Positions 18,889 through 29,130 are shown, counted from the stretch's first letter. The stretch: 45,898 nt of DNA from Chitinophagaceae bacterium (GCA_037721545.1 JBBJOK010000001.1:1-45898), one strand, 5' to 3'. The notes: generated from the letters alone by a model not told the origin. Numbers and translations are program-made.

Positions 18889-19116
18889 ATGAAATTAACA
18901 TGCAATTCCCGCATCATTTTCATTATGATGATGGCAACAACTTTACCGTATCTCAATGGGTATTCCACTAAAATTTCTTCACTGCAAGATTTGAGAACCT
19001 TAGACATTCCAGGCGATTGCATATCAAATGCTAACACTGATTGCAAATCACCCAATACTGGTAATATTTATCCAAATTCTATAATTAAGGAAGCTACAGT
19101 CGAAAATTTTAATTGA
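18889..19116 (+). CDS. Small Cys-containing peptide, paralogue 3
   Basis: SSLQDLR, CISNANTDCKSPNTGNIYP...EATVE; lacks the AKA motif. Confidence 0.8.
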   Translation: MKLTCNSRIIFIMMMATTLPYLNGYSTKISSLQDLRTLDIPGDCISNANTDCKSPNTGNIYPNSIIKEATVENFN

Positions 19117-19148
19117 ATATCTATGTTACTTTTCACCTATTATAAAAT

Positions 19149-20303
19149 ATGAAATATTATTTTTCAAAATGGATCCTCGGATTATTCTTTCGTATTGATA
19201 TCCTAAATATCCTGAAATATTTCTTAATCATCGGATCATTAATATCATTTTCCTTTCTTTTATCCTGCAGGCAAAAGAAAATGGTAGATGGGTACCATAT
19301 AAACAATAAAAAAATAACACAAAACATTAAATTGTCATCTTTTAAAAAAGTTGATAAGATAAAACTGAAACTGACAGGTCAGAATGGTTTCTTCACAACG
19401 ATTGCAATAATAGATACATTTTTGGTCTGTACAGACTATAGATCTCCTGTCATTCTACAATTATATGGATTAAGTTCAAATAAATTAATTGGGCAAATAA
19501 TCACTAGGGGAGATCAACCGGGCCAATGCCTTAGTGTTGCAAATATCCTGCCTTTAGGTAAAGGCATATTTTGGATTTATGATATAACATTGAGCAAATT
19601 AATAAAAATAGATATAAAAAAAGCTTTGGTAAATGCTAACTATCCAGGTGAAGAAGAAATTATTCTTATAGATTCAGCCAAAAGATTAAAATCTCCCTGT
19701 TTGATTAATGATAGTGTATTTGCGGCAACTTCTTATACTCGGGATGACAGCCGTTTTTTGTTGTTTAATAAAAAATCAGATATACTCGAAAAAGTTGGAC
19801 GCCTGCCAGTTCGTCAAATAGAATGGCCAGAAGAGAATGTGAATAATAAATTTAACATACTTGCATCTATATATAATGCAAACTTAATTAAACACCCAAA
19901 CAAGGAAATACTTGTTGTAGCGTATTCTAAAACAGACAGGTTAGAATTTTATAATCAAGGAAAACTAAATAAAATCATTAGAGGTCCGGATTATTTTGAA
20001 CCACTGGTTTCTTTCCAGAAACAAAATGAAAATTCAGTAAGTGTTATTGAAACTTCCAAGACTTATTATTCTTACAACAGTGTTTGTGCTACATCTTTGT
20101 TTATTTATTGCCTGTATTCAGGGCAAAATAATTATTCCACTTGCTCTCAAAAATTATTGGTTTATGATTGGAATGGTAATCCATCCAGAATTATCGAGTT
20201 TGACAGGCCTGTCTGTTATTTCACTATAAGAGAGACTGAAAATGAAACGATCATCTATACAGTCGAAGCAGAAACAGGTAATATTTGCCTAGGAAGAATG
20301 TAG
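19149..20303 (+). CDS. TolB-like 6-bladed beta-propeller lipoprotein (BF3164-like)
   Basis: Lipobox LLSC; RGDQPGQ, FWIYD, IYCLYSG, LLVYDWNGNP blade motifs; true start may be slightly downstream. Confidence 0.75.
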   Translation: MKYYFSKWILGLFFRIDILNILKYFLIIGSLISFSFLLSCRQKKMVDGYHINNKKITQNIKLSSFKKVDKIKLKLTGQNGFFTTIAIIDTFLVCTDYRSPVILQLYGLSSNKLIGQIITRGDQPGQCLSVANILPLGKGIFWIYDITLSKLIKIDIKKALVNANYPGEEEIILIDSAKRLKSPCLINDSVFAATSYTRDDSRFLLFNKKSDILEKVGRLPVRQIEWPEENVNNKFNILASIYNANLIKHPNKEILVVAYSKTDRLEFYNQGKLNKIIRGPDYFEPLVSFQKQNENSVSVIETSKTYYSYNSVCATSLFIYCLYSGQNNYSTCSQKLLVYDWNGNPSRIIEFDRPVCYFTIRETENETIIYTVEAETGNICLGRM

Positions 20304-20332
20304 CACAAACTATCCATATGTGTTTATTTGCT

Positions 20333-20908
20333 ATGAACTTAAAACATAAAGTTATACTCGCTAGTTTATCAATTTTTTTGATATTAAGCACAACCTCCTG
20401 TTTTAAAGAAGAGTGTCCTGAGCAAAAAATAAAAGAGCTTATGGGAGGCTGGTATAAAAGAAAGATTGTATTCCCTTTAGCTATTGAATTATTGAATAAA
20501 ATCGGTGGGGATTCTACCTATTGGCATCAACTAAATTTGAAAGAACCATCATACTTTATCGTTCATTTTTTTATGGCTGATTGCGACAAATGTGTTAATG
20601 AATTATTGAATATTCAAAACTTCATTCAAAAGCATGAAAGGGATAAAAATGTGAAATATATTTTTATTGCAAGCGGCCCTACAAAGATATTTGTTCAGGA
20701 AGCTATCCAAAAATCAAAATTCATTTTACCTGTGTATTATGAACAACAGTATTTTTCATTTAAAAAAATCAATAATCTACCAATTGCTGATAGATTGTAC
20801 AATACCATGCTATTAGATCATGAACAGGGTGTGATTCTTTTTGGCGAATTATTTCAAAACAAAGAGGCAGAAAAATTATTTTACAATACTATAAGATACT
20901 GTAAATGA
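20333..20908 (+). CDS. Thioredoxin-like CxxC lipoprotein
   Basis: Lipobox-like TTSC, WYKRKIVFP, FMADCDKC; ATG at 20333 preferred to TTG at 20285. Confidence 0.7.
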   Translation: MNLKHKVILASLSIFLILSTTSCFKEECPEQKIKELMGGWYKRKIVFPLAIELLNKIGGDSTYWHQLNLKEPSYFIVHFFMADCDKCVNELLNIQNFIQKHERDKNVKYIFIASGPTKIFVQEAIQKSKFILPVYYEQQYFSFKKINNLPIADRLYNTMLLDHEQGVILFGELFQNKEAEKLFYNTIRYCK

Positions 20909-21594
20909 TACTAGATAAGAAAAAGATAATAAAAGGAAACTTTTGGTTATATGTTATCCTAGGAGTATTAGTTTCTGCCTTCTTCCTCCGTGTTTTTGTA
21001 TTTGAAATATATACCGTTGAAAGAAATTCCATGAATAATTCTTTTTTTGATGGAGATAAAGTAGTCATTAATAAATTATGCAAAAAAAGTCTTTCAAGAA
21101 ATGACGTCGTTGTTTTTCACCATTACCGCGATGCTTATATCAAACGCTGTATAGGTATGCCGGGTGAAATCATTGAAATAAAGAATGGAACAATTATTAT
21201 TAACGGAAAAAAAATTGATTTTCCATCAAAAGCTGTAATACCCGATACGATTCAATCATTAAAATTAAATCCAAAATATGTTACTAATATAGTTATGTTA
21301 GATATATATGGTAAATACTGGGACCTGAAAAATTTCGGCCCCTACATAATCCCCAAGAAAGGAATGAAAATACAATTGACAAACGAGAATCTAAAATTAT
21401 ATAAAAACAATCTTGAATCTACAGAAGAAATGGCAAAGCCCGTTGAAGAAAATAATGGAGTTAACAACTCCTATACATTTCAGCACGACTATTATTTTGT
21501 ATTGGGTGATAACCGGCCGAAATCAGATGATTCAAGAAGTTTTGGAGCAATTAATGAAACACAGATCATAGGTAAAACCAGTTTTAGATTTTAA
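20905..21594 (+). CDS. lepB: Signal peptidase I (S26), cluster-associated copy
   Basis: TM anchor, catalytic Ser in NSM, Lys in YIKRCIGMPG, GDNRPKSDDSR; ATGA overlap with the upstream gene. Confidence 0.92.
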   Translation: MILDKKKIIKGNFWLYVILGVLVSAFFLRVFVFEIYTVERNSMNNSFFDGDKVVINKLCKKSLSRNDVVVFHHYRDAYIKRCIGMPGEIIEIKNGTIIINGKKIDFPSKAVIPDTIQSLKLNPKYVTNIVMLDIYGKYWDLKNFGPYIIPKKGMKIQLTNENLKLYKNNLESTEEMAKPVEENNGVNNSYTFQHDYYFVLGDNRPKSDDSRSFGAINETQIIGKTSFRF

Positions 21595-21639
21595 TTAATC
21601 TGAATAAACCTCTGTTTTAAAACTACTAAAGATATTACG

Positions 21640-24075
21640 ATGAAAACAAAAATCTTTCTGCTTACTACTATAATATATCTGCTCTATTTACCTGGGTTTA
21701 CGCAAAGCACTAAACCATATTCAGTAAAGGCACAGGTAGTGGACTCGGTCTTAAATTCACCTATTGAGTTCGCTACCGTAAGCATAAAAAATAAAGTGAT
21801 AGAAAAAAAAATACTTACAAATAAAACTGGGGATTTCATTTTTGAAAAACTTTCTGGTGGCAAGTACGAGGTTGTATTAGAGGTTATAGGATATCAATTA
21901 AAAACGATCAATGTTGATCTTGTTGATTCATTACACTACGACACAGACCTTGGGAAAATTATTTTGGTGCAAAAATTAAAACGATTGGGAGAAGTAACAG
22001 TAATTACAAAAAAACCTTTGATCACTCAAGAGATTGATCGTATCATTTATAATTTACAGGAAGACCCGGATAGTAAAGTATTCAGTATGCTGGATATGAT
22101 GAGAAAAGTTCCTTTTATATCTGTAACTGCAGATGATCAAATTCAATTCAAAGGAAATACAAATTTCAAGGTACTTCTGGATGGTAAGAATTCATCCATA
22201 CTTTCATCCAGGAATCTTAAAGATGTATTGAAAGGGATACCGGCTTCCAATATTTTGCAAATTGAAGTTATAACGGTACCACCTGCCAAATATGAAAGCG
22301 AGGGATTAGCGGGTATTATTAATATTGTTACTAATAGGAAGTTAAAAGATGGTTATAGTGGTTCAGTTAATGCAAACTACAGTAATCTTTTTTCGGGTAT
22401 AAGCGGATCTGTAAACTTCAAAAAAAGGAAATTTGGTTTATCAGGCTTTGGAGGATCCTCTTGGGAAAGAGTACCCCTTTCCCCTTTCAATCTTTTATTA
22501 TCACAGGTTAGTCCTGTAATTTTTGAACTCCGCCAAATAGGAGATAAACAGTACAATAGTAATCAAATTTATGGTACTTCTCTATTAAGTTTTGAATTCG
22601 ATTCTCTTAATCTACTTGCCGCCAGTTTAAGCCTCAATACAAGTGCTAGCCATCAAAAAAATAACCAATTTACCCAGCTTTTTGATAATGCAGGATCATT
22701 AGATCAATCTTATTCACTGTATACTTCTAAGAAAAACACTAACGGCGGAGGTGATGCGGGGTTAAATTATCAACGTGGATTCAAAAGAAATAAAACACAG
22801 CTCTTAACCCTATCCTATAAATATCTCAATACCGGATCTGAGTTTGAAAACTCCAATACGGCCAGTAGTAAATTAAATTATATCCTGGACGACTATAAGC
22901 AAAAGAATAAGTCGGGCTTTACTGAACATAGTACCCAATTGGATTACGTCCATTTAGTAAAAAAACTTACCATTGAAGCAGGTTCAAAATTAATTTACAG
23001 GCATACGTTTAGTGATTTCATGCACGAGAACTTCAATACCTCTACAGGTCAGTTCGAACCTGTCTCCGCCAAATCCGATATATTTGAATATAATCAAAAT
23101 ATCTTCAGTTTTTATAACTCATATTTATTAAAAGTAAAAAACTGGGCTGTCAGGGGCGCCTTTAGGCTTGAAGCAACTACTATTAATGCAAATTTCAGAA
23201 CTACCAATTCGATTCTGAATCAGAAGTATACTAATCTCGTTCCTTCTGTTTCTTTTCTGTACCGTTTTAAAAATACTTCAACCGCAACCATGGGATATAC
23301 CCAAAGAATACAGCGACCGGGTATTACTTTACTGAACCCTTTTGTAGATCAATCCGATCCGAAATTTTATCGTGTTGGTAACTCTAATTTATTACCAGTG
23401 CTTACTCACAATTTGATACTGAATTATGGCCGCTTCAAGAAAAGCTCAATTAATCTTGGAATAACATATTCCTTTTCGCGTAATGCAATACAAAGTTTGG
23501 CTTCTTCCGCAATAGATTCTATTATCCGAATCACTTACCAGAATATAGGAGAATATGATAACGTTGGCACAAACATCAATCTCACATTTCCTATTAGCAA
23601 GGCAATAAGCCTTACAGGGAATGGAACTATAAATTATGTTTGGATTAAAGGAAAAGGAGCCTTGGATAAAAATTCAAGAAATCAGGGGATAGAAGGATTT
23701 GCTTATAGTTACTTGTCCTATCGAACAACAAACAACTGGCGATTTTCTATTAACGCAGGATTTTATGGACCTGTTAGAAATCTGCAAGGTAATTCAAATG
23801 CATATTTTTATTCATCAATTGGCGCATCAAAACAAATTTTTAAGCAAAAAGGGTCTTTATCCTTGACCGTAAGTAACCCGTTTCAGAAATTTAGAACTTT
23901 AAGAACCCTGATTAACACATCAACTTTTTATCAGGAAACTATAAATAAAAATTCTTCTCACAATATTAGTATGGGATTTTATTACAGATTCGGAAAATTA
24001 AATGAAGATGTTAAAAAGAACAAGCGAAATATTAATAATGATGATAAAGTTAGTGAAATTGGTAAGACTCTATAA
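21640..24075 (+). CDS. TonB-dependent-like outer membrane beta-barrel protein (OMP_b-brl_3-like)
   Basis: Signal peptide, carboxypeptidase-regulatory-like N-domain, plug IEVITVPPAKYESEGLAGIINI, RIQRP...LNPF, terminal YRFGK. Confidence 0.85.
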   Translation: MKTKIFLLTTIIYLLYLPGFTQSTKPYSVKAQVVDSVLNSPIEFATVSIKNKVIEKKILTNKTGDFIFEKLSGGKYEVVLEVIGYQLKTINVDLVDSLHYDTDLGKIILVQKLKRLGEVTVITKKPLITQEIDRIIYNLQEDPDSKVFSMLDMMRKVPFISVTADDQIQFKGNTNFKVLLDGKNSSILSSRNLKDVLKGIPASNILQIEVITVPPAKYESEGLAGIINIVTNRKLKDGYSGSVNANYSNLFSGISGSVNFKKRKFGLSGFGGSSWERVPLSPFNLLLSQVSPVIFELRQIGDKQYNSNQIYGTSLLSFEFDSLNLLAASLSLNTSASHQKNNQFTQLFDNAGSLDQSYSLYTSKKNTNGGGDAGLNYQRGFKRNKTQLLTLSYKYLNTGSEFENSNTASSKLNYILDDYKQKNKSGFTEHSTQLDYVHLVKKLTIEAGSKLIYRHTFSDFMHENFNTSTGQFEPVSAKSDIFEYNQNIFSFYNSYLLKVKNWAVRGAFRLEATTINANFRTTNSILNQKYTNLVPSVSFLYRFKNTSTATMGYTQRIQRPGITLLNPFVDQSDPKFYRVGNSNLLPVLTHNLILNYGRFKKSSINLGITYSFSRNAIQSLASSAIDSIIRITYQNIGEYDNVGTNINLTFPISKAISLTGNGTINYVWIKGKGALDKNSRNQGIEGFAYSYLSYRTTNNWRFSINAGFYGPVRNLQGNSNAYFYSSIGASKQIFKQKGSLSLTVSNPFQKFRTLRTLINTSTFYQETINKNSSHNISMGFYYRFGKLNEDVKKNKRNINNDDKVSEIGKTL

Positions 24076-24199
24076 GAAAACATTTACAACTTTTGAATTT
24101 ATTTATTAATAATAAAATACTAAATGTTAAAATTAAAATCAACCTTATAACGAAAGATTTCGTATATTTATATTGTACTTAAATATAAGGGCTTCTATT

Positions 24200-25375
24200 A
24201 TGAAATTTTTTATTTCGATATACGCATTTTCGATTTTTTTCTGTTTTGGGAAAACGTCTAGAAATATAAGGTTTATAACTCAAATTCCTTCTCCGGATGA
24301 AGTATTGAAAAAAACTGTAGAAAGATTACAAAGTTTTAATTCTATAAATTACCGACATCAAAGAGATTATTTTACCGGTGATAAACATATCCTTCTAGAT
24401 GGTTATAGTTTTATCGATTTTAATTCAGTAGATACAATTATTCATTTGAAGTATTTGATTAAATCTGGAGTGGATCAATTTTTCTTCAATGGAACTGAAA
24501 CTTTTAGAATAAATGTGAAAGAGAAAACCATCAAAATAAATAATAAACCTGACGTTTCTAATATCGAAGGAGAAAGCTTCTTCTATAATTCTATTGTTTC
24601 ATTAAGAAGAACCTTACCTCTAATTATAGAAGATAAAAGTATCAATAAGAAATTAATGGATACAGTAATCAATAACAATTGTTATTATCTTATAAGTTTT
24701 TCATTATACAAAAAAACGCTTAACCCCTTTGGTGGTTATTCACCTGTAACGGAAAGTAGAACATTTATTTTTCAACTTTTAATAGATAAAAATAGTTACT
24801 TGCCTTATATGCTAATTCAAACAAACAATGCGGACGAGCATTCAAGTAAAATAACATATACAAACATTGAAATGAATAAACAGGCAGACGAAAAAAACTG
24901 GTATTATTCAACGTATGTACCGGCGTTTAAAATTGTGTCTGCAAAAAGGGAGGTTGCTCTATTGCCTGTAGGATTTGAAGCTCCGACTTTTGAGTTGTCT
25001 TTATTTGAATCGGGCAAAAAGGTTAACTCACAGCAATATAAAAACAAGGTATTGCTACTTGAATTTTGGATAAGAAACTGCGGTCCATGTATAGAATCTG
25101 TTCCTAAATTGAACAATATTTCTGAAAAATATAAAAGCAAAGGAATAGAAGTTTTGGCAGTAAATCCAATTGACACAAAACCGACCGTCGCTTATTTTGT
25201 AGACAAATACAAACCCAATTATGTAATTGCATACAACTCCGAAAAAGTAGCAGAAAAATTTGGGGTCTCTGCTTTTCCCTCTGTTTTTATTTTAAATTTA
25301 AAAGGAGAAATAATATACTCAGGCGTGTTCGACTATGATACAATTATTAAAACAATCGAAAAAGAAATAATGTAG
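24200..25375 (+). CDS. TlpA/redoxin-family disulfide oxidoreductase with N-terminal extension
   Basis: APTFEL...LLLEFWIRNCGPC...FGVSAFP; ATG at 24200 preferred to TTG at 24173. Confidence 0.85.
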   Translation: MKFFISIYAFSIFFCFGKTSRNIRFITQIPSPDEVLKKTVERLQSFNSINYRHQRDYFTGDKHILLDGYSFIDFNSVDTIIHLKYLIKSGVDQFFFNGTETFRINVKEKTIKINNKPDVSNIEGESFFYNSIVSLRRTLPLIIEDKSINKKLMDTVINNNCYYLISFSLYKKTLNPFGGYSPVTESRTFIFQLLIDKNSYLPYMLIQTNNADEHSSKITYTNIEMNKQADEKNWYYSTYVPAFKIVSAKREVALLPVGFEAPTFELSLFESGKKVNSQQYKNKVLLLEFWIRNCGPCIESVPKLNNISEKYKSKGIEVLAVNPIDTKPTVAYFVDKYKPNYVIAYNSEKVAEKFGVSAFPSVFILNLKGEIIYSGVFDYDTIIKTIEKEIM

Positions 25376-25763
25376 AGATTTTTTTTCGATTCTTATTTTG
25401 AGAAAGATCAATTTAGTACTTCATTAATTACATTTCTCATAGCCTAATGATTATCCATTTCCGCCTTTAGCATTTCTTGAAGAGCTACTCTGAAAATCTA
25501 ACACAACTTTTGTTCCATAGGAAACTATTTAGATTAATACTGATTATCTTGATAGTGTGAGGTGGATACCACAATTCTAACGCACATATCTTTTCGGTAG
25601 GATAGGAATATTTGAATCCACTTGTGCAAGCTATATATTGATTCTTCTACCGAATAAAATTATTAGCAAACGGGCAACTTAAAACTGACTATTCAGTTGT
25701 TAAAAAGGTATCATTAAAAACGAGTAGTATTATTTTTAGCTCCATAAAATTTCTTTATATAGA

Positions 25764-25840
25764 GAATATTTCAGTTTGTCTATAGAAACCTTATGTGGGT
25801 GTAAAATTCGATTAAAAATATCCTATAAATGGTAGGTTGC
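25764..25840 (+). promoter_or_regulatory. Putative LytTR-controlled promoter, copy 2
   Basis: GAATATT (25764), TCTATAGAA (25779), GGTGTAAAAT (25798), TAGGTTGC (25833); offsets identical to copy 1. Confidence 0.6.
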
Positions 25841-26016
25841 TTATACAAAAACTGCTATAGAAAAAATTTGCTAAAATTCATAAGCATATTAATTCTATCC
25901 TTCTAATAAGTTTTATAATTAATAGAACCGGAAAAACAAACATATCAATCCATTGAGATAACATCAAACCGGGAAGCTAAAAACGGATTTAGAGTAAGCG
26001 TTTAAAAATATTTTTT

Positions 26017-26474
26017 ATGAGAAAGGTGGTAATTTTTTTTTGGTTAATATTTATATTTAATTATGGGCTTTGTCAATCAAGCTCTAATTTAAATATTACC
26101 TCCAATAAGGTTCAGGCAGAGAGAAATTCGACGGAATCGTTTAATATTAACAGTCTTCTCACATTTGGATTAAACGGGTTAGGAAATGTAAATACAGAAA
26201 CGTTTACAAATTTAAATGCTGGTGGAAAGTTGGCTGGTTTTATACGAAGATAATGAAGATTATCGCTTTTTTATTTACAGGAAATAAAAATCCTTCTTTG
26301 AGTTCAGCGGTAAGATGGTGGGAAATTAAAGTTGGGTTTCAATATAACAACTTTCAAATATTTGCCGATTTAAGACACATTTTAGGTGATATGAAAAGCA
26401 TACCTATACGAGAACTTCGTGGTTTTAATTCAAATATAGGAGTAGTTTTTAATGCAGAAGTTTTTGAAAAATAA
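26017..26474 (+). pseudogene. Probable broken exported/outer-membrane protein gene (ORFs 26017-26253 and 26253-26474)
   Basis: First ORF carries a signal peptide; second looks like C-terminal amphipathic beta strands; frames abut. Confidence 0.4.
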
Positions 26475-26524
26475 TTATATACTGTTGGTGATAAATAACA
26501 ATCACAACCACTAAATCAATCGTT

Positions 26525-26854
26525 ATGAAAATTATTTATTTTATTCTTACCGCTATTTTGCTGTCATCTTTTTCGTGCCGCAAAATCTCTCCTGAATTCA
26601 TTAATGGTACTGTAGATAGAAATATAAACGGCTGTTCTGGTAGTACAGGCTTTGTTTTTATTATAAAGTATTCAACCCAAAGCATCAGGGAAGACAGCCT
26701 ATCTACACTTACTCTTCCAACTCAATTTAAATTGTCAGGCACAAAGATTAAATTTCAAATGAGAGATTTAAATAACACAGATGAATCAATGTTTTGCAAT
26801 GCTATGATAACAGCACCTAAACAAAAAATAATTTATAATGTAAAACCCCAATAA
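26525..26854 (+). CDS. Small lipoprotein of unknown function
   Basis: MKIIYFILTAILLSSFSC lipoprotein signal; two further Cys; 1 bp from the S8 start. Confidence 0.75.
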   Translation: MKIIYFILTAILLSSFSCRKISPEFINGTVDRNINGCSGSTGFVFIIKYSTQSIREDSLSTLTLPTQFKLSGTKIKFQMRDLNNTDESMFCNAMITAPKQKIIYNVKPQ

Positions 26855-26855
26855 A

Positions 26856-29108
26856 ATGAAAACAAAATTAATTGTAATACTTGCGGTACTATTCCTATTC
26901 TCATTTCAAAGTAATGCTCAAAAATTTTATTATTCAAAAGGTAAAAAAGTGTTTCTTTCTGAGGACACAACAAGTATTTCCATAAAAGGAAAAACTATAA
27001 ACTCGTACAAAAAATTAGCCTCTGTTCTTGGAGTAAATAGCAATTTAGTTTTTGATACTGTTAGCTTAAAGGATGTTGCAGTAATTAGATTTAGTTCTTC
27101 ATTAATTAAAGATCAGATAACAAATTTATTAAAAGCAGATACAAATGTTCTTTATTTATCGAATCTATTCAAGGGAGGTAATATTCCATTTATACCTACG
27201 GGAGAAATATTATTAGCTACAAAAGATAACATTACCACATCCGTCTTGCTACAGAAACTTCAACTTACAAGTGAAGCGTATTTCATAAAAGAATCCTACG
27301 GTATTAAAGTATTGAAGGTATTGGATATTCAAAAGATTTTTGATGTTGCAAATAAAATTTATGAAAGTGATCTTGTAAAATGGAGTCATCCTAATTTTTT
27401 TGTACCAATCGAACATTTTACAAATGATCCTTTGTATACACAACAATTTTATTTAAAAAATACTGGACAAGGTGGAGGTACTGCCGGGATAGACATTAAT
27501 GTTGAAAATGCTTGGAATATTACAAAAGGCAATTCATCTATTAAAATAGCAGTGATAGATGACGGTGTTGAAGACCATGAAGACCTATCAGGGAGAGTGC
27601 TTAGCGGTTATACTCCCAGAGATCAAACTTCTGGCAATGGGCGTCCAACAAATGCAGCTGGTACTGGACACGGCGAGGCTTGTGCAGGAATTATCGCAGC
27701 TACACAAGACAATAACATTGGTATCGCAGGCATAGCTCCTAATTGTATGATTGTACCTGTAAATATATTTTACGGCGGTGAAACAACACTTGATCTTTCG
27801 AATGCCATTAATTGGGCTTGGAATCAAGGTCAGGCTGATGTATTAAGTAATTCATGGGGATACGGCACATCAAGTCAAACTGAAACAGGATTTGATGCAA
27901 TAATACAAGCAATCTACAATGCAAGAACACAAGGAAGGAATGGTAAAGGTTCAGTTGTTGTTTTTGCATCAGGTAACGGAAGCACTTCGGTGTCCTTTCC
28001 AGCCAATGTACAGGATGTAATTACAGTAGGGGCTATTCAAAAAACAGGCACTATATGGGGATATAGTAATACTGGTCAGGAAATGGATGTTGTAACAGTA
28101 TCAGGCAATACTAATTTACTTGGCGATATTACTACTACCGATAGAATGGGCTCCCTTGGTTACGAAACTGGAAACTATACTAATACTTTTGGAGGGACTT
28201 CTGCCGCATGTCCTCAAGTGTCTGGAGTTGCAGCCCTTGTTTTGTCTGTTAATTCCACCTTTACTGAAGCGCAGGTTAGAACGCTTTTGCAAAATACAGC
28301 TACAGATATGGGGGCTATTGGTTTTGATAATTCTTTTGGTTTTGGAAGAGTTAATGCTTGTGCTGCGGTAATTGGTGCATTAACCATTAGTGGCGATAAC
28401 AGCTTTTGTACATCCTCAAACAATTATTCAATTCCTAACCTTCCTTCAGGTGCAACCGTTACATGGTCAGCGAATCCAACCAATGTAGTTAACATTACCT
28501 GTCCCACTTGCCCACAAACTACATTAACAGTAGTCAATGATGGTATCGTTAACTTAACCGCCACTATTTCGGCTTGTGGAGCACCCTTTACAATCGATAA
28601 GACAAACATCCAGGTCCGCTTTCCTTTTTCAGAAACAAATACTATTGTAAGCGCTGAAGATATTAATATATCAGTAAGTCACCCGCCCGAATTTATTGTA
28701 AACGCTTATCGTTGGTATATGGATGGTGTTTTCTACAGGCAAACAACTGCTCCGCTTTTAAAAACCACACTTGCTTCCCAATGTCACGACTGGTCAGTTA
28801 GTTTTGTGACCACCTGCGGGGAATCTCCCGAAACCTATCCAATATCTGTAGGTTGTGGTAATGGAGTTATGTTTGTGATGTCACCAAATCCAGCTACGAA
28901 TAACGTTACCATTGACGGACGGAAGAAAAACAAAAGCATAAAAGAAGTTCAGATTATTGACAAACTTGGAAATGTGAAGCGAGTTACTAAATACTCTGGA
29001 GACCAAAAGCTTATCAACTTAGATATTTCCGGACTTCCATCAGACATTTATTTTATCAAAATTTATGATGGACAGAAGTGGGAAAGTAAACAGTTAAGTG
29101 TTCAATAA
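26856..29108 (+). CDS. S8 subtilisin-like serine protease with T9SS C-terminal sorting domain
   Basis: IAVIDDG (Asp), GHGEACAG (His), ASGN, GGTSAACP (Ser); CTD SPNPATN...GLPSDIYFIKI...KQLSVQ. Confidence 0.93.
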   Translation: MKTKLIVILAVLFLFSFQSNAQKFYYSKGKKVFLSEDTTSISIKGKTINSYKKLASVLGVNSNLVFDTVSLKDVAVIRFSSSLIKDQITNLLKADTNVLYLSNLFKGGNIPFIPTGEILLATKDNITTSVLLQKLQLTSEAYFIKESYGIKVLKVLDIQKIFDVANKIYESDLVKWSHPNFFVPIEHFTNDPLYTQQFYLKNTGQGGGTAGIDINVENAWNITKGNSSIKIAVIDDGVEDHEDLSGRVLSGYTPRDQTSGNGRPTNAAGTGHGEACAGIIAATQDNNIGIAGIAPNCMIVPVNIFYGGETTLDLSNAINWAWNQGQADVLSNSWGYGTSSQTETGFDAIIQAIYNARTQGRNGKGSVVVFASGNGSTSVSFPANVQDVITVGAIQKTGTIWGYSNTGQEMDVVTVSGNTNLLGDITTTDRMGSLGYETGNYTNTFGGTSAACPQVSGVAALVLSVNSTFTEAQVRTLLQNTATDMGAIGFDNSFGFGRVNACAAVIGALTISGDNSFCTSSNNYSIPNLPSGATVTWSANPTNVVNITCPTCPQTTLTVVNDGIVNLTATISACGAPFTIDKTNIQVRFPFSETNTIVSAEDINISVSHPPEFIVNAYRWYMDGVFYRQTTAPLLKTTLASQCHDWSVSFVTTCGESPETYPISVGCGNGVMFVMSPNPATNNVTIDGRKKNKSIKEVQIIDKLGNVKRVTKYSGDQKLINLDISGLPSDIYFIKIYDGQKWESKQLSVQ

Positions 29109-29130
29109 TTGTTTCGACAATTCAATTACT

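Noticed and set aside
17847-19055. Overlapping alternative ORFs (17847-18029, 18191-18421, 18587-18784, 18873-19055)
   Set aside because: Alternate-frame or antisense shadows of the peptide genes, which are supported by paralogy or context.
12925-19116. Calling the locus a canonical lantibiotic or thiopeptide cluster
   Set aside because: No LanC, LanT, YcaO or pyridine synthase in the window; the Cys peptides have Sec-like signals rather than LanA leaders.
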